64,000 bases of DNA, from positions 21,638,001 to 21,702,000 of the forward strand of contig NC_086106.1 of NCBI RefSeq assembly GCF_963921235.1. The letters run 5' to 3'. How positions within the stretch are numbered: the stretch's first letter is position 1; every line of letters begins with the position of its first letter. A model generated the notes under the pieces. It ran no database searches. It saw nothing but the letters and a program-made list of their open reading frames with translations, and was not told where the DNA came from. Below are positions 63,760 through 64,000 of the stretch, piece by piece. The translations under genes and the position numbers were made by a program. The stretch is from Mobula hypostoma. Taxonomy: Eukaryota.

Positions 63760-64000
63760 ATCCTTTATTCGGACTTCGAAGAAATTTGGCACATCAAAAA
63801 AATACACTCAGAAACTACTCCAGTTGTATCGTGGAGAACACTCTGACAGGCTGCATCACTGTCTGGCATGGAGAGACTACTGCTCAGAACCGAAATAATA
63901 TGCAGAAGGTTTAAAATCTAGTCAGCTCCATCTTGGGTACCAGCCTACAATGTACGCAGGACATCTTCAGGGAGCGGTACCTCAGGAAGACAGCGTACAT
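63760..64000 (+). mobile_element. Rex1/Babar-like LINE RT C-terminal fragment
   Basis: YRGEH.LTGCITVWHG..TAQNRN..QKV...I.G.SLQCTQDIF matches this clade's C-terminal motif. Confidence 0.7.

Overview
Eukaryotic, repeat-dense DNA from a cartilaginous fish (elasmobranch; the repeat families look batoid-like, which is inference and not a database result). It appears to be part of the V-gene array of a T-cell receptor alpha/delta-type locus. It contains: (i) two duplicated, decayed minus-strand cassettes, each with leader, VNAR-like V, 22/23-RSS, 12-RSS-D-12-RSS, 23-RSS-J (15503-16797 and 38743-40010), i.e. NAR-TCR-like V-D-J units; (ii) downstream of J in both cassettes, decayed sequence that reads as two tandem I-set/C2 Ig domains plus a TSP1-like motif, which is not a known NAR-TCR component as far as I know; (iii) two conventional TCR V segments in opposite orientations (51333-51680 + and 61915-62262 -), each with a good 22/23-RSS and apparently a leader in the same exon as V; (iv) an orphan copy of a V 5' flank near 58.6-59.6 kb. 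About half of the window is transposon-derived: many CR1 LINEs (several nested), Penelope-like fragments (one with a minimal hammerhead ribozyme), two Gypsy remnants, a hAT remnant, RTE-like and tRNA-derived SINEs, a Rex1-like fragment, and microsatellites. No C region, TCR-delta D/J cluster, rRNA, tRNA gene or CRISPR array is seen. Alignments and translations were done by eye, and TE boundaries are approximate.
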